Shown one piece after another: positions 39,043-50,700 of a stretch of 64,000 bases of DNA. The position numbers and the translations under genes were made by a program. The notes under the pieces were generated by a model, which ran no database searches, was not told the origin of the DNA, and worked only from the letters and a program-made list of their open reading frames with translations. The number at the start of each line of letters is the position of its first letter. The stretch's first letter is position 1. This DNA comes from an uncultured Blautia sp. (GTDB lineage Bacteria; Bacillota; Clostridia; Lachnospirales; Lachnospiraceae): positions 5,535 to 69,534 of the forward strand of contig UQCM01000009.1 of assembly GCA_900539525.1 (NCBI GenBank), given 5' to 3'.

Positions 39043-39831
39043 ATGAGTGGTTTTCATTTGTGCCAGGTGAGAAAAGCAAAGAATCCGTATTATATTGAGA
39101 GCATCAGTACCAATATCTACACGATAGAGGAGCTGTGCTTCTATCTGAAGCAGAATATTTATCTGGTGGATGACACACTTGTAAATGAGACTCTCTGTAA
39201 CTGGATCAGGGATGAGCTGGGACTTACGAAGCTGTACCGGAAGCTGACAGAGCGTCTCGCGGAGGCACGGGAAGGACGTATTGCCGGATTTATTTTTGCA
39301 GTATTTAAAGAGATCGAATACCTTTCGGCAGACGAATATCGAAAAGTGCAGGAGCAGATCTCCAGTATGGAAATACAGCCGGAGGATCTGCGCAGGAAGA
39401 TGAAAGCAGACTATCTGATGAAATACGAAATGTACGGCAATGCCATTCGGGAGTACTATCAGATCTTAAAAGAGAGGAATCCGGGAAACCTGGGAATCCA
39501 GTTTTATGCTGCGGTTCTTGACAGCATGGCAGCGGCATATGGCAAATTGTTTTTGTTTGAAGAGGCAGCAGACTGTCTGTGGCAGTCCTATGGAATCGTC
39601 CGTTCTGCAACCACCTGGAACCGCTATCTCTCTCTGCTTCCTTTGTTTATGGACAGGGAGGCCTATCGCAGGAGACTGAAAGAACTGTCAGTGCCAAGAG
39701 AGCAGATTGACAGGATCGAATCAAAAAATGCCGGGTACATCCGGGCAGAAGTCCCGAAGGCACTGAAGAAATTAAAGCCCGAGGATTTTCTGAAACAGAT
39801 CAGAGAAAGCTACCATAAAAGTGTGTGCTAG
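39043..39831 (+). CDS. Small helical (TPR-like) cytoplasmic protein, third member of the cluster
   Basis: AAAGGAGG RBS 6 nt upstream. Starts 14 nt after the previous stop. Confidence 0.4.
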   Translation: MSGFHLCQVRKAKNPYYIESISTNIYTIEELCFYLKQNIYLVDDTLVNETLCNWIRDELGLTKLYRKLTERLAEAREGRIAGFIFAVFKEIEYLSADEYRKVQEQISSMEIQPEDLRRKMKADYLMKYEMYGNAIREYYQILKERNPGNLGIQFYAAVLDSMAAAYGKLFLFEEAADCLWQSYGIVRSATTWNRYLSLLPLFMDREAYRRRLKELSVPREQIDRIESKNAGYIRAEVPKALKKLKPEDFLKQIRESYHKSVC

Positions 39832-39845
39832 CAATATGATTACTT

Positions 39846-39972
39846 GTTACTGTTTACTCCGTGACCAGAAACCTGACGTGGTAACTGTTCAGAGTCATGC
39901 AGATTTATAAATATTTGCCTTGGGGAGCTTGCTCACCGGAGGCAAATTTTATAAATCTATAGGGCGAGAGCC
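39846..39972. repeat. Composite: a degenerate family-2 solo hairpin (39846-39872) followed by the family-1 5' half (39881-39972)
   Basis: 39881-39972 is about 90% identical to 365-458. Confidence 0.6.
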
Positions 39973-40096
39973 GATCACTTCTATATATGCAGTTGACAGT
40001 TTCGGGAATCTATGTTAGTATGTGTTTGCTGATTTATCACATTAGAGTGCTCAATCAGTAAAGATACCGAAAGATACAGATAATGGAGGAAGTATT

Positions 40097-40972
40097 ATGA
40101 AAAAGCAGATCATCAGTGTGATGTTAGCTGCATCTATGGTTGCAGTTATGGCAGCAGGATGCGGTTCAAAGAAAGCAGAGACAGAGGCACCGGCAACAGA
40201 TGCAGTTACAGAGGCTGATACAGAAGCAGCCGGAGATGAGACGGTTGCATTAGAGGATACAGCAGATACAGCAGCAGGTGATACCTTTACCGTAGGATTT
40301 GACCAGGATTTTCCGCCAATGGGCTTTGTAGGTGGGGATGGCGAGTTTACAGGATTTGACCTGGATCTGGCAACAGAGGTTGCTAACCGTCTGGGCAAAG
40401 AGATCGTATATCAGCCGATCGCATGGGATGCGAAGGATATGGAGCTGGAGTTCGGTACGATCGACTGCATCTGGAACGGATTTACCATCAACGGACGTGA
40501 GGACGATTATACCTGGAGTGAGCCGTATATGGAGAATAATCAGGTGTTTGTAGTAAAGGCGGATTCCGGTATCTCTTCAACAGCTGATCTGGCAGGAAAG
40601 ATTGTTGATGTGCAGACAGATTCCAGTGCAGAAGCTGCTCTGAATGATGATCCGGATCTTATGAATTCCTTTGGACAGCTGATCACTGTAGCAGATTACA
40701 ATACAGCATTTATGGATCTGGAGTCCGGTGCGGTAGATGCCATTGCCATGGATGATGTGGTTGCAAGCTATCAGATCGAACAGAGACAGGCAGATTTCGT
40801 AGTGCTGGATGAGACTCTGGCAGCAGAGGAGTATGGTGTAGGCTTTAAGAAGGGCAATGAGGAGCTGCGTGACCAGGTACAGAAGGCACTGGAAGAAATG
40901 GCAGCAGACGGAACGCTGGCTGAGATTTCAGACAGGTGGTTCGGAAAAGATATTACTACGATCGGTAAATAA
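40097..40972 (+). CDS. Polar amino-acid ABC transporter substrate-binding lipoprotein (family 3) with an acidic Thr/Ala/Asp/Glu linker
   Basis: Lipobox AAGCGSKK. SBP_bac_3-like core. Confidence 0.8.
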   Translation: MKKQIISVMLAASMVAVMAAGCGSKKAETEAPATDAVTEADTEAAGDETVALEDTADTAAGDTFTVGFDQDFPPMGFVGGDGEFTGFDLDLATEVANRLGKEIVYQPIAWDAKDMELEFGTIDCIWNGFTINGREDDYTWSEPYMENNQVFVVKADSGISSTADLAGKIVDVQTDSSAEAALNDDPDLMNSFGQLITVADYNTAFMDLESGAVDAIAMDDVVASYQIEQRQADFVVLDETLAAEEYGVGFKKGNEELRDQVQKALEEMAADGTLAEISDRWFGKDITTIGK

Positions 40973-40987
40973 GAAACAGTTATCACA

Positions 40988-41019
40988 GGACTGTTGCATT
41001 CAGGCAACAGTCCTTTTTC
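40988..41019 (+). terminator. Rho-independent terminator after the SBP gene
   Basis: AGGACTGTTGC..GCAACAGTCCT followed by TTTTT. Confidence 0.6.
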
Positions 41020-41022
41020 TAA

Positions 41023-41087
41023 GTAACTGTTCAGAGTCATGCAGATTTATAAATAATAGTGTAACTGTTCAGTACCTTCACAGTTAC
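41023..41087. repeat. Family-1 fragment: left end (GTAACTGTTCAGAGTCATGCAGATTTATAAATA) plus a second TIR pair
   Basis: Identical to the 39881 and 365 left ends. Confidence 0.55.
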
Positions 41088-41126
41088 GAGCAAGTTACTT
41101 TTCTGGTAAAGCGGGAGGATTTGAAG

Positions 41127-41777
41127 ATGGATTATGGGATGATGCTTTCAAAACTGGCGGGGGGAATGATGACGACAGTTGTAATATTTGGACTGACTCT
41201 ATTGTTTTCCATGCCCCTTGGCATGCTGGTGACGTTTGGAAGAATGGCTAAGAATGGAATCATTCGAAATATTACAAAGATTTACATATCGATCATGCGT
41301 GGCACGCCGCTGATGCTGCAGGTAATGGTTGTTTATTTCGGACCGTATTATCTGCTGGGGATCAATATTAGGCCATCTTACCGGTTTGTAGCTGTGATCA
41401 TCGGATTTGTACTGAATTATGCAGCCTATTTTGCCGAGATCTACCGTGGAGGAATCGAGTCTATGCCGGTAGGACAATATGAGGCGGCTAAGCTTCTGGG
41501 TTACACAAAAAGCCAGACATTTCTGCGCATTATTCTCCCGCAGGTGATCAAAAGGATCGTTCCCTCTGTCACCAATGAGGTGATCACACTGGTAAAGGAC
41601 ACTTCTCTTTCTATGGTTATCGCAGTGTCGGAAATGTTTACGATTGCAAAGGCGCTGGCTTCTTCAAGTACCAGTATGATTCCGTATGTGGCAGCCGGAA
41701 TCTTCTATTATGTTTTTAATTTCCTGGTGGCTTATGTGATGGAATATATCGAAAAGAAGCTCAATTACTACAGATAG
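41127..41777 (+). CDS. Amino-acid ABC transporter permease
   Basis: HisM/GlnP-like EAA loop. Start at the ATG with a GGGAGGA RBS. Confidence 0.8.
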   Translation: MDYGMMLSKLAGGMMTTVVIFGLTLLFSMPLGMLVTFGRMAKNGIIRNITKIYISIMRGTPLMLQVMVVYFGPYYLLGINIRPSYRFVAVIIGFVLNYAAYFAEIYRGGIESMPVGQYEAAKLLGYTKSQTFLRIILPQVIKRIVPSVTNEVITLVKDTSLSMVIAVSEMFTIAKALASSSTSMIPYVAAGIFYYVFNFLVAYVMEYIEKKLNYYR

Positions 41778-41788
41778 GAGGACTGATT

Positions 41789-42547
41789 ATGAAGCTATTG
41801 GAAATGAACCATGTTAAGAAGCAGTTCGGGGATCTTAAGGTATTAAAGGATATTTCCCTGACAGTAGAAAAGGGAGAGGTTCTTGCGATCATCGGACCAT
41901 CGGGCTCCGGTAAGTCCACGCTTCTGCGCTGTGCCACCATGCTGGAGACCATGGATGATGGTGAGATGTTCTATCTGGGAGAACAGGCTGTGAGAAGTGA
42001 AGGAGGAAAGGCGGTCTACGCAAAGCCTGCCGATATCCGCAGGATGCAGGGATATTACGGGCTGGTATTTCAGAATTTCAATCTGTTTCCTCATTTTTCA
42101 GTCTTAAAAAACATTATGGATGCGCCGCTCCATGTACAGAAACGGGAAAAAGAGGAAGTAAAAAAACAGGCCATGGAACTGCTTGAAAAGATGGGGCTGG
42201 GCGACAAGGCAGACGTTTACCCTTATCAGCTGTCAGGTGGTCAGCAGCAGCGTGTGTCGATCGCAAGGGCGCTGGCGATGAATCCGAAGATCCTCTTTTT
42301 CGATGAACCGACTTCAGCACTGGATCCGGAGCTGACAGGGGAAATCCTGAAGGTCATTAAGAATCTGGCGGCAGAGCATATGACGATGGTAATCGTTACC
42401 CATGAAATGAATTTTGCAAGAAATGTGGCAGATCATATTATTTTTATGGAGCACGGAATCATTGCAGAGCAGGGAACACCGGAGGAGCTGTTTAACTCAA
42501 ACAACCAGAGGACAAAGGAATTTCTCGGAAAATACGGGACGGTTTGA
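41789..42547 (+). CDS. Amino-acid ABC transporter ATP-binding protein
   Basis: GPSGSGKST Walker [10 protein letters not shown] signature, and Walker B. Confidence 0.85.
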   Translation: MKLLEMNHVKKQFGDLKVLKDISLTVEKGEVLAIIGPSGSGKSTLLRCATMLETMDDGEMFYLGEQAVRSEGGKAVYAKPADIRRMQGYYGLVFQNFNLFPHFSVLKNIMDAPLHVQKREKEEVKKQAMELLEKMGLGDKADVYPYQLSGGQQQRVSIARALAMNPKILFFDEPTSALDPELTGEILKVIKNLAAEHMTMVIVTHEMNFARNVADHIIFMEHGIIAEQGTPEELFNSNNQRTKEFLGKYGTV

Positions 42548-42555
42548 GATTTTAT

Positions 42556-42582
42556 GTTACTGGTCACGGAGTGAACAGTAAA
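42556..42582. repeat. Family-2 solo TIR hairpin GTTACTGGTCAC-GGA-GTGAACAGTAAA, probably acting as a terminator
   Basis: Lies 9 nt after the ABC ATPase stop, followed by a T-rich run. Confidence 0.55.
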
Positions 42583-42729
42583 GATTTTATCGAACTTCGA
42601 ACTTGCTTTATAGATTACATTGTTATATACTTGCTATGGTGTGAGGATCAGTACACCCACGCCGGATAACTCCGGCAGGACAGAAGACATAACCGTATCA
42701 GAACATAAGAATGTGGACGGAGTGATAAT

Positions 42730-44172
42730 ATGCGAAATATACATGACCAGAAAGCGGAAACAGAGAAGCTGAAAGAAGAGTGCGGTGTTTTTGGCATCTA
42801 TGATTTTGACGGCAATGATGTGGCATCAACGATCTATTACGGACTATTTGCATTGCAGCACCGGGGACAGGAAAGCTGCGGTATCGCAGTGAGCGATACA
42901 CAGGGACCCAAGGGACAGGTACAGTCCTACAAAGGCATGGGGCTCGTCAATGAGGTGTTTACCGGAGAGGAACTGTCAGGCATGAAGGGCGATATCGGTG
43001 TCGGACATGTACGTTATTCTACAGCCGGAGCCAGCACCAGAGAGAATGCACAGCCACTGGTTCTGAATTATATCAAGGGAACTCTGGCACTTGCACACAA
43101 TGGAAATCTGATCAATACGCCCGAGCTTCGCAAGGAACTGGCATACGGCGGTGCGATCTTCCAGACGACCATTGATTCTGAGGTGATCGCCTATCATATT
43201 GCCAGGGCTCGTGTCACTTCTGCAACTGCTGAGGAGGCCGTGGCAAAGGCCATGAAAAAGATCAAAGGTGCCTACTCTCTGGTTGTCATGTCGCCGAGAA
43301 AGCTGATGGGAGCCAGAGATCCTTATGGATTTAAGCCTTTATGTATCGGGAAAAGAGATCATGCCTATATCCTGGCATCGGAAAGCTGTGCCCTTGATAC
43401 GATAGGAGCAGAGTTTGTGCGTGATGTACTGCCGGGTGAGATCGTAACGATCACAAAGGACGGCATCCGGTCAGATACCAGCATGTGTCTTCCCGCAAAG
43501 AAAGAGGCCAGATGTATCTTTGAGTATATCTATTTTGCAAGACCGGACAGTCATATCGACGGTGTGAGCGTTTATCATTCACGCATCATGGCAGGAAGAT
43601 ATCTGGCAATCGACTCACCGGTGGATGCCGACCTTGTGGTGGGGGTACCGGAATCCGGAAATGCAGCGGCACTCGGGTATTCTCTGCAGTCGGGAATCCC
43701 TTATGGTACAGCATTCGTAAAGAACGGATATGTGGGAAGAACATTCATCAAGCCCGGGCAGAGCAGCAGGGAATCCAGCGTGCGTGTAAAGCTGAATGTA
43801 TTGAAGGAAGCTGTGAAAGGCAAAAGAGTCATCATGATCGATGATTCCATTGTCAGAGGAACGACCAGTGACAGGATCGTAAGTATGCTGAAGGAGGCGG
43901 GAGCCACGGAGGTACATATGCGAGTCAGTTCGCCTCCATTCCTGTGGCCGTGCTATTTTGGTACGGATGTCCCGGCGAGAGAGCAGCTGATCGCTTATAA
44001 CCGGACAGTGGAAGAGATCCGGCAGCTGATTGGTGCAGATTCTCTTGGGTATTTAAGCATTGACCGTCTTGAGGAGATGGTAGACGGTCTGCCTATCTGC
44101 AAAGGGTGTTTCACAGGTGAGTACCCTATGGAACCACCTGCGGAAGACATTCGCGGGAATTACGAAAAATAG
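42730..44172 (+). CDS. purF: Amidophosphoribosyltransferase
   Basis: Propeptide followed by CGVFGIYD. PRTase motif. Confidence 0.9.
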   Translation: MRNIHDQKAETEKLKEECGVFGIYDFDGNDVASTIYYGLFALQHRGQESCGIAVSDTQGPKGQVQSYKGMGLVNEVFTGEELSGMKGDIGVGHVRYSTAGASTRENAQPLVLNYIKGTLALAHNGNLINTPELRKELAYGGAIFQTTIDSEVIAYHIARARVTSATAEEAVAKAMKKIKGAYSLVVMSPRKLMGARDPYGFKPLCIGKRDHAYILASESCALDTIGAEFVRDVLPGEIVTITKDGIRSDTSMCLPAKKEARCIFEYIYFARPDSHIDGVSVYHSRIMAGRYLAIDSPVDADLVVGVPESGNAAALGYSLQSGIPYGTAFVKNGYVGRTFIKPGQSSRESSVRVKLNVLKEAVKGKRVIMIDDSIVRGTTSDRIVSMLKEAGATEVHMRVSSPPFLWPCYFGTDVPAREQLIAYNRTVEEIRQLIGADSLGYLSIDRLEEMVDGLPICKGCFTGEYPMEPPAEDIRGNYEK

Positions 44173-44523
44173 AATAAACAATAGCAGGTGGTGAGATGAA
44201 TTGCCAGATAGACACAACTCTATCAATAAATAGAAAAGAACATTTGTTCTGCGTCGCGGATAGTGCTATAATGTAATCAGTCGGAAACATAAGGAGGCTG
44301 ATCATATGAAAGAAATACGTCCGTAACCGGACAAACAGATAGAAATGCCCGTATCCGGGCAAAAAACAATCGCGGGACACGCGAGGATAGCCTGCAGATA
44401 CTTGGCTCATGAGGGCCATTGAACAGGAAGCTCCCACTTCAAAATCTTTGATTTAAGTGGTGGGAGCATTTAACTTGAAGATCAGGGAGACGAAGCAGCT
44501 CCCGGGATAAAAGGAGAGAACAG
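44173..44523 (+). promoter_or_regulatory. 350-nt purB leader: promoter (TTGTTC, 17 nt, TGCTATAAT), a uORF MKEIRP-stop with its own AAGGAGG RBS, and several hairpins
   Basis: The uORF spans 44307-44327. Hairpins GTCCG-TAAC-CGGAC, GCCCG..CGGGC, CGCG-GGACA-CGCG, and GCTCCCAC...GTGGGAGC. Confidence 0.4.
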
Positions 44524-45957
44524 ATGAGTACAGACAGATATCAAAGCCCATTGTCTGAGCGCTATGCCAGCAAAGAAATGCAGTATATCTTTTCACCGGA
44601 TATGAAGTTCCGCACATGGAGAAAGCTCTGGATCGCACTTGCAGAGACAGAGAAAGAGCTGGGACTGAATATTACCGATGAGCAGATCGAAGAGCTGAAG
44701 GCTCATGCCGAGGATATTAATTATGAAGTGGCAAAAGAGAGAGAGAAGATCGTCCGTCATGATGTTATGTCGCATGTGTATGCATACGGTGTTCAGTGCC
44801 CGAAAGCAAAGGGAATCATTCATCTGGGTGCGACATCCTGCTATGTGGGTGATAATACAGACATTATCGTTATGACTGAGGCGCTGAAGCTGGTGAAGAA
44901 AAAGCTGGTAAATGTTATCGCAGAGCTGGCAAAGTTTGCAGATGAGTACAAGAACCAGCCGACGCTGGCATTTACACATTTTCAGCCGGCACAGCCGACC
45001 ACCGTTGGAAAACGTGCAACTCTGTGGATGCAGGAGTTCCTTCTGGATCTTGAGGATCTGGAGCACGTACTTGGTACAATGAAGCTGCTTGGCTCCAAAG
45101 GAACAACAGGAACACAGGCCAGCTTTCTGGAGCTGTTTGACGGTGATCAGGAGACCATTGATAAGATCGATCCGATGATCGCAGAAAAGATAGGATTCAG
45201 GGAGTGCTATCCGGTATCAGGCCAGACCTATTCAAGAAAGGTCGATACCAGAGTCGTGAATGTGCTGGCGGGCATCGCTGCAAGTGCACATAAGTTTTCC
45301 AATGATATTCGTCTGCTTCAGCATTTAAAAGAAGTGGAAGAACCTTTTGAAAAGACGCAGATCGGATCCTCTGCGATGGCATATAAGAGAAATCCGATGA
45401 GAAGTGAGAGAATCGCTTCCCTTTCCCGTTTTGTGATGGCAGACGCTTTAAATCCGGCCATCACTTCTGCGACACAGTGGTTTGAAAGAACGCTGGATGA
45501 TTCGGCAAATAAGAGACTGTCGATTCCAGAGGGATTTCTCGCAGTCGATGGTATTCTGGATCTCTGCCTGAATGTTGTAGACGGACTCGTGGTATACCCG
45601 AAGGTCATTGAAAAGCGTCTGATGTCCGAGCTCCCGTTTATGGCAACAGAGAATATTATGATGGATGCCGTTAAAGCCGGAGGAGACAGACAGGAGCTGC
45701 ACGAGCGCATTCGCGAGCTTTCCATGGAAGCAGGAAGGAACGTAAAGGTTGAGGGAAGAGAGAATAATCTCCTTGAACTCATCGCGGCAGATCCGGCTTT
45801 CAATCTTACACTGGATGAGTTGAAAAAGACCATGGATCCGTCAAAATATGTGGGACGTGCACCGCTTCAGGTGGAGAATTTCCTGAAGAAGATGGTAAAT
45901 CCGATTCTTGAGGAAAACAAAGAGCTGCTGGGTGTAAAGGCGGAAATTAATGTATAA
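44524..45957 (+). CDS. purB: Adenylosuccinate lyase
   Basis: Lyase_1 family with an ADSL C-terminal domain. Confidence 0.9.
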   Translation: MSTDRYQSPLSERYASKEMQYIFSPDMKFRTWRKLWIALAETEKELGLNITDEQIEELKAHAEDINYEVAKEREKIVRHDVMSHVYAYGVQCPKAKGIIHLGATSCYVGDNTDIIVMTEALKLVKKKLVNVIAELAKFADEYKNQPTLAFTHFQPAQPTTVGKRATLWMQEFLLDLEDLEHVLGTMKLLGSKGTTGTQASFLELFDGDQETIDKIDPMIAEKIGFRECYPVSGQTYSRKVDTRVVNVLAGIAASAHKFSNDIRLLQHLKEVEEPFEKTQIGSSAMAYKRNPMRSERIASLSRFVMADALNPAITSATQWFERTLDDSANKRLSIPEGFLAVDGILDLCLNVVDGLVVYPKVIEKRLMSELPFMATENIMMDAVKAGGDRQELHERIRELSMEAGRNVKVEGRENNLLELIAADPAFNLTLDELKKTMDPSKYVGRAPLQVENFLKKMVNPILEENKELLGVKAEINV

Positions 45958-46092
45958 TAAATCAGTTTTACATATAGAAAAAAATGTAGTATACTAAAAA
46001 GGAAGCTGTTCGAACAGCCGGATTTGACTATTATGGGTCTGTTCAATATGGATATGAGCGGCCAGAGAGATTGAACCACGGGAGGAAGTAAT

Positions 46093-47367
46093 ATGGTACA
46101 AGCAGTTGTAGGAGCAAACTGGGGCGATGAGGGAAAAGGCAAGATCACAGATATGCTTGCCGAGAAAGCGGATATCATCGTAAGATTTCAGGGAGGCGCG
46201 AATGCGGGTCACACCATTGTGAATAATTATGGAAAGTTCGCACTTCACACATTGCCATCAGGTGTATTTTACGGACACACCACCAGCATTATCGGCAACG
46301 GCGTGGCATTGAATATTCCTGTTTTATTTAATGAGGTTAAGAGTATTGTGGACAGAGGCGTTCCCATGCCTAAGATACTGGTATCGAATCGTGCCCAGAT
46401 CGTGATGTCCTATCACATCCTCTTTGATCAGTATGAGGAGGAGCGTCTGGGAGGAAAGTCTTTCGGCTCCACCAAGTCCGGTATTGCGCCGTTCTATTCA
46501 GATAAATATGCGAAGATCGGTTTCCAGGTAAGTGAGCTTTTTGATGAGGAGCTTTTAAAAGAAAAGGCAGTCCGTGTATGTGAGCAGAAGAATGTCATTC
46601 TGGAGCATCTGTATCACAAGCCGGCGCTGAAACCGGAAGAACTGTTAGAAGAACTGCATGGATACAGGGAGATGGTAGAGCCGTTTGTCTGCGACACTTC
46701 CGCCTATCTCTGGAATGCCATCAAAGAAGGAAAGAATATTCTGCTGGAGGGACAGCTTGGTTCCTTAAAGGATCCGGATCATGGTATTTATCCGATGGTA
46801 ACATCTTCGTCTACACTGGCTGCTTATGGTGCGATCGGAGCAGGCATTCCGCCATATGAGATTAAAAAGATCGTAACTGTAGTAAAGGCTTATTCGAGTG
46901 CAGTAGGAGCAGGTGCGTTTGTCAGCGAGATTTTCGGTGAAGAAGCAGATGAGCTGAGAAAGCGTGGCGGTGACGGCGGAGAGTTCGGAGCGACAACAGG
47001 ACGTCCAAGACGTATGGGATGGTTCGACTGTGTAGCGACGAAATACGGTTGCCGTGTGCAGGGAACGACAGACGTGGCATTTACGGTACTGGATGTCCTT
47101 GGATATCTGGATGAGATTCCGGTATGTGTGGGATATGAGATCGACGGTCAGGTGACGACAGACTTCCCGACGACTGCACAGCTCTCCAAAGCAAAACCGG
47201 TTCTTGAAAAACTGCCGGGCTGGAAATCAGACATCCGCGGCATCAGGAAATACGAAGACCTTCCGGAAAACTGCAGAAAATATGTGGAATTCGTAGAGAA
47301 GCAGATCGGATTCCCGATCACCATGGTTTCCAATGGTCCGGGACGTGAGGATATCATTTACAGATAA
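46093..47367 (+). CDS. purA: Adenylosuccinate synthetase
   Basis: GANWGDEGKGK P-loop. Confidence 0.9.
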   Translation: MVQAVVGANWGDEGKGKITDMLAEKADIIVRFQGGANAGHTIVNNYGKFALHTLPSGVFYGHTTSIIGNGVALNIPVLFNEVKSIVDRGVPMPKILVSNRAQIVMSYHILFDQYEEERLGGKSFGSTKSGIAPFYSDKYAKIGFQVSELFDEELLKEKAVRVCEQKNVILEHLYHKPALKPEELLEELHGYREMVEPFVCDTSAYLWNAIKEGKNILLEGQLGSLKDPDHGIYPMVTSSSTLAAYGAIGAGIPPYEIKKIVTVVKAYSSAVGAGAFVSEIFGEEADELRKRGGDGGEFGATTGRPRRMGWFDCVATKYGCRVQGTTDVAFTVLDVLGYLDEIPVCVGYEIDGQVTTDFPTTAQLSKAKPVLEKLPGWKSDIRGIRKYEDLPENCRKYVEFVEKQIGFPITMVSNGPGREDIIYR

Positions 47368-47372
47368 AGTTC

Positions 47373-47447
47373 AGGTATGCCCTGGCATACCTTTTACAGA
47401 GAATTCGCCGGCAGTTCATCAGAGTTTTGATGAACTGCCGGCGTTTT
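47373..47447 (+). terminator. Two tandem rho-independent terminators after purA
   Basis: AGGTATGCC-CTG-GCATACCTTTT, then CGCCGGCAGTTCATC...GATGAACTGCCGGCGTTTT. Confidence 0.7.
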
Positions 47448-47700
47448 AAGTTATCATACGGAAAATTTGTCACTGAGCATTCTGCGTCAGTACACGCTGT
47501 GGGGAACAGAAAAGTTACCCTGGAGGAGAAACGTGCAGATCTGTCCGCTTATGTTAGACAAAAATGTCAAAAAAAAAATGGAAAGTGTAAATAATTTGTG
47601 CAAAAGATATAGTAATATAAAAGCTATCATGGCACTTATAAACGATGCGGGAAGCAAAGCATAGTGCCTCCGGCATCATGTGATGAAAAGGAGAGGAAGA

Positions 47701-50700
47701 ATGAGAAAGGTAAGGCATTTAAAAAAGGCAGGGCAGAAGACGATTGCTTTTATGATTGCTCTGGGACTGACAGTCTCACTTATGCCGGCGGCACCGGTAT
47801 TGCCGACAAAGGCTGCAGATTTTACCGGGACTCTGACGGAAGTGAAGGGAGTTGAGCGGGACAAGACAGATGTGAATATTGTCTGGGTTACCTTCAATGA
47901 TAATGTGAAGGCAAAGCTTACATTCCTGGATAACGGGATTTTCCGTTATAATGTGGATCCGACGGGAGAATTTTCCAACTATGCGGTGCCCAGGAGCAGC
48001 AGCCATGCGGCACGGATCCAGCAATACCCGGATACTTCTGTAAAGTATGCACATCCGGAAGCCAGTGTGGAAAGCAGTACAGATGCTTTTACCGTCAAGG
48101 CGGGGGATGTGACAGTCATTTTTGACAAGGATACGGCAAAAATGACCATCAAAGACGGATCCAAAACTGTGATGGAAGAGAAAGAAGCGCTTTCCATTAA
48201 CGGAACATCTACGGTGCAGACTTTGGTAAAACAGGAAGATGAGAATTTCTACGGTGGAGGAACGCAGAACGGACGCTTTGTGCATACAGGCGAGAAGATC
48301 CACATCGCAAATGAGAGCGGATGGACAGATGGAGGTGTGGCATCACCCAATCCGTTTTATTACACAACGGGCGGTTATGGCGTTCTGAGAAATACCTTCC
48401 GGGACGGGGATTATGATTTTGGCAAAGCAAAAGATGGCACTGTTACAGCGGAACATGAGGAAAATGAATTTGACGCTTATTATTTTGTGTCAGATGCTTC
48501 AGATGGAAGAGGCGTGGCACAGGAACTTCTGCAGGGATACTACAAGGTCACCGGAAACCCGGCACTTCTTCCAGAGTATGCTTTTTATGAAGGGCATCTG
48601 AACGCATACAACCGTGACTCCTGGTCAGATACATCAGGACAGAAGGCATGGACGATCAAAGGTACCGATTCCGCCTCCAGTGAAGGAACGACGATTTATG
48701 AGAGCGGAATGGCAGCAGGGTATAAGCTGTCAGACGGCATGTTTTCAGAGTCACTGAACGGGACAGGACCAACAGTTGCTGCTGATAAATATCCGAATGT
48801 AACAACACCTTATAAGTATTCCGCAAGAGCAGTGATCGATCAGTATGTGGACTATGATATGCCTCTGGGCTACTTCCTGCCAAATGATGGTTACGGTGCA
48901 GGCTACGGACAGAACGGCTATGGAATGACGGGCGGCGTGAATACAGATGGCAGCAGCAGCGCCGAGCGTCTGGCGGCAGTAGATGCCAACGTGGCGAATC
49001 TGAAAGCTTTTGCAGATTATGCAAAGACAAAGGGTGTGGAGACAGGACTCTGGACACAGAGTTATCTGGTACCGGATTCCAATCCGAACACAGAATGGCA
49101 GCTTCTGCGTGACTTTAAGAAAGAGGTACAGGCAGGTGTTACCACTCTGAAGACGGATGTGGCATGGGTAGGATATGGATACTCCATGCAGCTTGACGGA
49201 GTAAAGACGGCTTATGATACGGCAACAACGACAGTGAATTACCGGCCGAATATTATTTCGCTGGATGGATGGGCAGGCTCTCAGAGATACAACAGCATCT
49301 GGACAGGTGACCAGTATGGTGGAAACTGGGAGTATATCCGTTTCCATATCCCGACTTACATCGGAACCTCCCTGAGCGGAAATCCGAATGTGGGAAGTGA
49401 TATGGACGGTATCTTCAGCGGAGACAAGATCGTGTCAACGAGAGATTATCAGTGGAAGATCTTCACCCAGGAAATGCTGAATATGGATGGCTGGGGAAGC
49501 TATGCGAAGACGCCGTATACATTCGGTGATCCGTATACAGGTATTAACCGTATGTATCTGAAGACGAAGGCGAAGTTGATGCCCTATCTGTATACGACTG
49601 CCTATTCTTCCTCAAATATCAATACCGGAAATCAGGATACAGGACTTCCTATGATCCGGGCAATGTTCCTGGAATACCCGGATGATCCTTATGCGTTCAG
49701 CAGGAGCATGCAGTATCAGTTTATGTTCGGTTCACAGTTCCTGGTTGCACCGATCTATCAGAACACGGCGGATACGCAAGGTACGGGCGATGATGTGAGA
49801 AATAATATCTATCTGCCGGATAAGGATGCCGTGTGGGTAGACTTCTTTACAGGCGAGCAGTACAGAGGCGGACAGACACTGAACAACTTTGCAGCACCTC
49901 TGTGGAAGCTTCCGGTCTTTGTAAAGAATGGTTCTATCATACCGCAGTACGAGGAAAACAACTCACCGTCTGAGATTGACAGGACAAACAGAATCGTAGA
50001 ATTCTGGCCGGCAGGCTCTACGGAGTATACAGCTGTTGAGGATGACGGAACATACATTGAAAATGAGATTACAGAAGATGTAGAGTACGGTAAGATTGAC
50101 AATATCTCCTATGGAGATCATGTATCAACCACCTACACCTCGGAGGTGAGCGGAACTACAGCCACTCTGACAGCAGAAAAATCTGCCGGAACCTATACAG
50201 GATATCAGCAGAATAAAAATACCACTTTTGTAGTACATGTTTCTCAGAAGCCGACGGGCATCACAGCTAAAAATGGTGAAACTGCGCTGAATACAGCAGA
50301 AGTAACAACAAAAGAGGCTTTTGAACAGGCAGTACCGGAAGCAGGAAAAGCAGTATGGTTCTACGATGCCGCACCGGAAATCGAAACCTATGCATCGGAG
50401 AAAGAAACTGAATTCAAGAATATGGTAAAAGATGTTAAGGTTGCACCGAAGCTTTATGTAAAGTTTGCCAAAGCAGATGCAAAGGCTGTGGATCAGACCC
50501 TTGTAATTGATGGCTTTGCAAATGATGGAAATCTTCCGGCAGAGAAGGAAAATACAGGGCTTGGCGTTCCGACCCTTACAGAAGATGAAGAAGCGAGGAC
50601 ACCGTCCAGCATTACTGTGAACTGGACGGCAGTGGAAGGTGCCACATCCTATGAGGTTATGGTGGATGGAATCATCAATACTGCAGGAGCAGCGCTTACG

